A DNA stretch of 64,000 nt from an uncultured Gemmatimonadales bacterium. Lineage in GTDB: Bacteria > Gemmatimonadota > Gemmatimonadetes > Gemmatimonadales > GWC2-71-9. The notes under the pieces were generated by a model. That model had not been told where the DNA came from, made no database searches, and saw only the letters and a program-made list of their open reading frames with translations. The position numbers were made by a program, and so were the translations under genes. This document shows positions 59,228 through 64,000 of the stretch, piece by piece (position 1 is the stretch's first letter; each line of letters opens with the position of its first letter). The stretch is from NCBI GenBank assembly GCA_963795085.1, contig CAWCFX010000001.1, positions 544,001 through 608,000 of the forward strand, written 5' to 3'.

Positions 59228-60692
59228 GGTTTCTCCCTGGAGTGAGGGCCCGCGATTGCTTCGCTGCTGTTCCCGGCCGCCACGTCAGTCTGCCGTCTAT
59301 GCCTTGTGGAACGGGAACCTCCAGCCAATGGAGCATCGAAGGGAAGAGATCAGCGGTTCGGAACACTCGCCGTCCCACCGGCTCGCTCGACCAGAGTGGG
59401 GTCTGCATGTGCGACCGGACAAGGCTCCCGTGGCCCGACCGATGCCTTGGCACCTCGAACCGTTCCCGGAGGTCATACCCCTCATTGGCAACCACCACCA
59501 TGTCTCCCGTCCGCGGAGACCGGAACTGATCGAGCAGTTGCACTGCCACGTCGGGATAGGGGCTGTCCCAACTTCGGCTGAGCCACTCTTCCTCGGTGGC
59601 GCTTATCGAACCACCCAGGAGCAGGACATCACCCTGCCGGGGCACGTAATGGATCCGGCCGTCCTGCCTCCACACGTCGGCCTCACCGCCGCGGCCGGTT
59701 ACCCTGATCCCGCCGGCTCGGTCTTCTCCCGCGATGAAGGCCACCGCCGGTTCCTGTGCCAGGGCCGCGACGAGGTCTGCCTTGGTCCCGAACGCGTCCG
59801 GCTGCCGGAGCCGGTCGAGCGGCCAGCGGCCTTCTCGAGGTCTGGACGGCTGGGCGTAAACCATCGCCGAACCGTTTCCTGCCACCATCACGGCGGCGCG
59901 CGGTTTCCGTGTCCACAGGACCGGATGGGACAGGGTCGGCACATCGTGCTCCCTGAACCATAGTGCCAGGTCCAGGTGAGTGTACACTGGGGCACTGCCG
60001 TGGTCACTGACCAGGAGGATAAGCGTCTCCTTGAGCTCACCCCGCCGTTCGAGCGCGGTGCGGAGCCGGCCAACCGTCGCATCCACCTTGCGAAGCGCTC
60101 GCAACACCCTGGGCGAGTCCGCCGTTCCGCCGTGAGTGTAGCCGTCGACGGCGGGAAACTGGGCGAAGATGAAGCGCCACGGCCGTTCGACTTCCCGGAG
60201 AAGGCGGGCAGCTACCATATCGTCCCCCGGCTGATGCCAGCCGGTGTAGTGCGACACCGCCCCCCAGAACTTCCGGGCACCGCTGGCCGCGTCGCGTCTC
60301 GCGTCGAGCCCCCGGGTGATCATGGAGAAAATTGCCACGCTCTCCGGGACCAGCTGGAAGATGGTGCGAACCTCCGGAGCGATGTCCTCGTCCAGCTTTC
60401 CCGCCTGGTATCCGCAGTAGCTGCGAACGCAGTCCCGGTCCCGCCACCAGCGGCCGCCATATCGGCGTCGGTCCAGCCATCGGATCGACGGGATATTGCA
60501 GGACCCCGGCGTGCAGCCGGTGAGAAATGGGAGATACGCCACACTGGTCGTGCTGGGAAAGACGGTGATGGCCCGGGCGGTGTCGCCATTTCCGACCATC
60601 GCTCCCAGGTGGGGCAGGTTTCCCGCCGCGAGGTCCTGTTCGGCGACATCAGGCCGGAGCCCGTCCACCAGTAGAAGGATGCACCGTCTCAT
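59214..60692 (-). CDS. Alkaline phosphatase superfamily (NPP/phosphodiesterase-like) enzyme
   Basis: LVDGLR, TVFPSTT, DGYTH, VSDHG, GHGSL. ATGA overlap with the upstream gene. Confidence 0.85.
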   Translation of the reverse strand: MRRCILLLVDGLRPDVAEQDLAAGNLPHLGAMVGNGDTARAITVFPSTTSVAYLPFLTGCTPGSCNIPSIRWLDRRRYGGRWWRDRDCVRSYCGYQAGKLDEDIAPEVRTIFQLVPESVAIFSMITRGLDARRDAASGARKFWGAVSHYTGWHQPGDDMVAARLLREVERPWRFIFAQFPAVDGYTHGGTADSPRVLRALRKVDATVGRLRTALERRGELKETLILLVSDHGSAPVYTHLDLALWFREHDVPTLSHPVLWTRKPRAAVMVAGNGSAMVYAQPSRPREGRWPLDRLRQPDAFGTKADLVAALAQEPAVAFIAGEDRAGGIRVTGRGGEADVWRQDGRIHYVPRQGDVLLLGGSISATEEEWLSRSWDSPYPDVAVQLLDQFRSPRTGDMVVVANEGYDLRERFEVPRHRSGHGSLVRSHMQTPLWSSEPVGRRVFRTADLFPSMLHWLEVPVPQGIDGRLTWRPGTAAKQSRALTPGRNHVVV

Positions 60693-61321
60693 TCGGTAGC
60701 TCCCTCGACCGCCGGCACCCCGCTGCCACGGTTCATCCGCCGCGCCCCCCGAATTCCCAGCAGTAGGAGCCCCAGGCTCGCCACCGCGATCCACTCCCCC
60801 GGTATGGGGATGGACCAGCCGAGGATCGCGAGCCAGGCATAGCGTCCGCCCCGGCCGAGGATCACGCTGGTCTGGTACTTCCACATCGGGTAGCCGGAGA
60901 GGCTGGCCAGCACCCGCATGGGATAGTGAGGGATGATCGGCAGGATGCAGGTCCCCACCAGGGTCAGGAAGGGAGCCTTGCCGTACGCATTGAGGGCCCA
61001 GCGAGTGAGCGCGTGGTTACGGAATCCCGCCGTACTGTTCCTGGCCAGGAGGCGGCCCAGCAGCTCCATGTTCCACGCTTCGACGATTACGGTACCGAAG
61101 ACGCCGACCAGGACGACCAGCCAGATCGCATGATACTGGCCCAGGGCGATGACGTAACCGTCGAAGGGAAGCGGAGCGAGCGAGTTCCCGGCGAACGAGT
61201 ACGGCAGATAAAACCAGAGCCACCGGTAAGCGGGGTCCAGCAGCGCGGCCAGAAGCGAAACGGCGGTGAGCGTGGCCATGACTGCCGGCCACAGCCAGGT
61301 GGAACGAGGCGAAAAGGTCAT
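60689..61321 (-). CDS. VTT/DedA-like membrane protein
   Basis: Hydrophobic. PLPFD, LPIIPHYPMRVLASLSGYP..Y..SVILGRGGRY resembles the DedA/VTT pattern. Confidence 0.7.
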   Translation of the reverse strand: MTFSPRSTWLWPAVMATLTAVSLLAALLDPAYRWLWFYLPYSFAGNSLAPLPFDGYVIALGQYHAIWLVVLVGVFGTVIVEAWNMELLGRLLARNSTAGFRNHALTRWALNAYGKAPFLTLVGTCILPIIPHYPMRVLASLSGYPMWKYQTSVILGRGGRYAWLAILGWSIPIPGEWIAVASLGLLLLGIRGARRMNRGSGVPAVEGATE

Positions 61322-61425
61322 GAGCAGTCACTTCCAGGACAGGGGATGTCCGTTGCGACACGTCAACGGTCGGAACCCCCCGTGATCCCCGTGTGCTCTG
61401 GCTGTGACTTGCTTACCTTTTCCTC

Positions 61426-61704
61426 ATGGCTACCGTCACGCTCGAAACCGTCGCCCGTGCCCGCTGGCGCGTGGCGCTCACCCTTGCCGCCGGCATGGTG
61501 ATTCTCTACTTCGGGTTCATCGCCCTCATCGCCTTTGCCCGCCCGCTGCTGGCCCGCCAGGTCCTCCCCGGCCTGACCCTGGGCATTCTCCTGGGCGTGC
61601 TGGTCATCGTCATCTCCTGGCTGCTCACCTGGTACTACATGCGCTGGACCGCCCGGCACTACGACCCGGCGCTCCGCGCCCTCAAGGAGCAACCCCCGGC
61701 GTGA
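61426..61704 (+). CDS. yjcH: DUF485 (YjcH-like) membrane protein
   Basis: YFGFIALIAF..LTLGI..SWLLTWYYMRW..YD. TGATG-coupled to actP. Confidence 0.85.
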   Translation: MATVTLETVARARWRVALTLAAGMVILYFGFIALIAFARPLLARQVLPGLTLGILLGVLVIVISWLLTWYYMRWTARHYDPALRALKEQPPA

Positions 61705-63263
61705 TGCCCTCCCTGCTCCTGGCCCAGGCGGCGCCACCCGCCACCGCTATCGGCCAGACCAACACCGTCGCCATCGCCTTCTTCTTTCTCTTCATCTCCG
61801 TCACCCTCGGCATCACCTGGTGGGCCGCCCGCCGCACCCGCACCACCGAGGAGTTCTACGCCGCCGGCCGCAGCATCAGCCCGGGCCAGAACGGCCTGGC
61901 CCTGGCCGGCGACTACATGTCCGCCGCCTCCTTCCTCGGCATCGCGGGGCTGGTCAGCACCACCGGGTTCGACGGCCTGATCTATTCGACCGGCTGGCTG
62001 GTCGGCTGGCCCATCGTGCTCTTCCTGGTCGCCGAGCCGCTCCGGAACCTCGGCAAGTACACCTTCGCCGATGTCGTGGCGCTCAACCGCCGGCCCGGCC
62101 CGGTCCGGCTGGCCGCCGCGCTGGGCACCCTCTCGACGGTGATCTTCTATCTCATCGCCCAGATGGTCGGCGCCGGCGGCCTGATCAAGCTGATGTTCGG
62201 CCTGAGCTACGAGGCGGCGGTGGTCATCGTCGGGGTGGCGATGATCGTGTACGTCCTCTTCGGCGGCATGCTGGCCACCACCTGGGTCCAGATCGTGAAA
62301 GCGGTGCTGCTCATGGGGGGCGCCCTCCTGCTCACCCTGATGGTCCTGGCCCGCTTCGACATGAACCCGCTGGCCCTCTTCCGCGCCGCCGCCGACCGCT
62401 ACGGCGCCGGCGTGCTCTCGCCCGGCAAGCTGGTCACCAGCCCGATCGAGGCCTTCTCCCTCGGCATGGCGCTGATGTTCGGCACCGCCGGGCTGCCCCA
62501 CATCCTGATGCGGTTCTACACGGTGCCCGATGCCACCGCCGCCCGCCGCTCGGTGTTCTACGCGACCGGCCTCATCGGCGCGTTCTACCTGATGACGTTC
62601 ATCCTGGGGTTCGGCGCCATGGTGCTGGTCGGCCCCGAGGCGATCACCGGGGTGGACAAGGGCGGCAACATGGCGGCGCCGCTCCTCGCCGAGTTCCTGG
62701 GCGGGACCCCGCTGCTCGGCTTCATCGCCGCGGTGGCGTTCGCCACCATCCTCGCGGTCGTGGCCGGCCTCACCCTCTCCGGCGCCGCCGCGCTCAGCCA
62801 CGACATCTGGGTCAGCGTCATCAAGAAGGGAAAGGCGGAACCGGCCGCCCAGCTCCGGGTCGCCCGGGTCGCCACCCTCTGCCTCGGCGCCATCGCGGTG
62901 GCGCTGGGGATCACCTTCAAGGGGCAGAACGTGGCCTTCATGGTCTCGCTCGCCTTTGCCATCGCGGCGAGCGCCAACTTCCCGGCCCTGATTCTCAGCA
63001 TCTTCTGGCGCAAGACCACCGGCGCCGGCGTGGTCGCCAGCATGGTCGTCGGCACCGTGGCCAGCCTGCTCCTGATCTATCTCTCGCCCACCGTGCAGGT
63101 GGATATTCTCCACCGGGCCGGCGCCCTCTTCCCGCTCAAGAACCCCGCCATCGTCACCATCCCGCTCTCGTTCCTGGTCGGCATCACCATCTCGCTGGTC
63201 ACCGGGCAGCACGACACCGAGTCGGGGTTCGACAGCCGGATGGAGAAAACCCATATGGGGTGA
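61704..63263 (+). CDS. actP: Cation/acetate symporter (SSS family)
   Basis: FYAAGR, NGLALAGDYMSAASFLG, AEPLRNLGKYTFAD, GTAGLPHILMRF, AFATILAVVAGL. Confidence 0.92.
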   Translation: MPSLLLAQAAPPATAIGQTNTVAIAFFFLFISVTLGITWWAARRTRTTEEFYAAGRSISPGQNGLALAGDYMSAASFLGIAGLVSTTGFDGLIYSTGWLVGWPIVLFLVAEPLRNLGKYTFADVVALNRRPGPVRLAAALGTLSTVIFYLIAQMVGAGGLIKLMFGLSYEAAVVIVGVAMIVYVLFGGMLATTWVQIVKAVLLMGGALLLTLMVLARFDMNPLALFRAAADRYGAGVLSPGKLVTSPIEAFSLGMALMFGTAGLPHILMRFYTVPDATAARRSVFYATGLIGAFYLMTFILGFGAMVLVGPEAITGVDKGGNMAAPLLAEFLGGTPLLGFIAAVAFATILAVVAGLTLSGAAALSHDIWVSVIKKGKAEPAAQLRVARVATLCLGAIAVALGITFKGQNVAFMVSLAFAIAASANFPALILSIFWRKTTGAGVVASMVVGTVASLLLIYLSPTVQVDILHRAGALFPLKNPAIVTIPLSFLVGITISLVTGQHDTESGFDSRMEKTHMG

Positions 63264-63269
63264 ACAGCA

Positions 63270-63311
63270 CAGCACTCAGCACTCAGCACTCAGCACTCAG
63301 CACTCAGCACT
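63270..63311 (+). repeat. Heptamer tandem repeat (CAGCACT x6, degenerate copies to ~63343)
   Basis: Six perfect CAGCACT units directly after the actP stop. Confidence 0.92.
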
Positions 63312-63366
63312 CAGTCAGCTCAGTACCAGTCAGACTCAGCACTCCCTCTTCCCGGGTCCCTGAATC

Positions 63367-64000
63367 GTGCTTACGCCCGCGCAGTTCCCTGACCTGACGC
63401 CCGAAATGCTGGCCAGCGTCCCGGTAGAGCGGTCGGACACCATTCCCTCCGCCTGGTACACCGATCCCCGGTTCCATGCGCTGGACATGGCGGGGATCTT
63501 CGCGCGGAGCTGGCAGGGGGTGGGGCACGTGTCCCAGCTGCCGCGAGCCGGGGTGTTATCTCCTCGCCGAGGTGGCGGGGGACCCGGTCATCGTGGTGCG
63601 GGGAAAGGACGACGTCATCCGGGCGTTCTATAATGTCTGCCGCCACCGGGGCGGGCCGCTGGCCACCGAGAACGGCTGCGTCAACGCGCTCAAGTGCCGC
63701 TACCATGGCTGGACCTACATGCTGGACGGCAGCCTGCGCGGCGTCCCCCAGTTCGACCGGGTGGAGCTGTTCGACAAGAAGGACTTCGGGCTGGTGCCGG
63801 TGCGGGTGGAGGTGTGGGAGGGACTGGTCTTCGTGAACCTCGATGCCGGCGCGGGCCCGGTCACCGGGATCCTGGCCGGCATCCGGGAGCGGATCGCGCC
63901 GGTGGACATGTCCCGCTGGACCTTTGCCCGGCGGGTGGAATACGAGGTCCGCTGCAACTGGAAGGTGTACGTGGACAACTTCCTGGAGGGGTATCACGTG
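63367..64000 (+). CDS. Rieske aromatic-ring-hydroxylating oxygenase alpha subunit (choline monooxygenase-like), frameshifted at ~63550, runs off the window edge
   Basis: TIPSAWYTDP..IFARSWQGVGH. After removing one G: CYLLAEVAGDPV..FYNVCRHRG..CRYHGWTY..NWKVYVDNFLEGYH. Confidence 0.88.

Overview
High-GC, gene-dense bacterial chromosomal segment. The gene repertoire and style (many secreted M28 peptidases, a BTAD/TPR regulator, DUF4384, DUF58/BatA) suggest Gemmatimonadota, which is an inference. About 55 CDS and one stand-alone tRNA-Ile(GAT) are visible. Housekeeping genes include lepA, mfd, two PPIases, pdxA, typA, icd divergent from aceK, a cobB-like sirtuin, sufE, a rhodanese and yjcH-actP. 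No integrase, transposase, phage gene or CRISPR array was seen. Three genes (waaF-like, lepA, terminal Rieske oxygenase) each carry a one-base frameshift in G/C-rich sequence, most likely assembly error. Most interesting observations: (1) two related AT-rich, tandemly repeated long-hairpin elements that bracket an aceK / UvrD-DEDDh helicase-exonuclease gene pair; (2) many intergenic 7-8-mer tandem/inverted microrepeats; (3) a DedA-like / phosphodiesterase / alpha-beta-hydrolase operon whose hydrolase lacks both the catalytic Ser and His; (4) a secreted DUF4384 protein with a CxxCH motif behind a sigma54-type promoter; (5) a STAS-HATPase / STAS pair coupled to sugar kinases; (6) a His-rich uncharacterised lipoprotein paired with a CxxC beta-barrel. 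All family calls come from motif recognition by eye; no database search was run.
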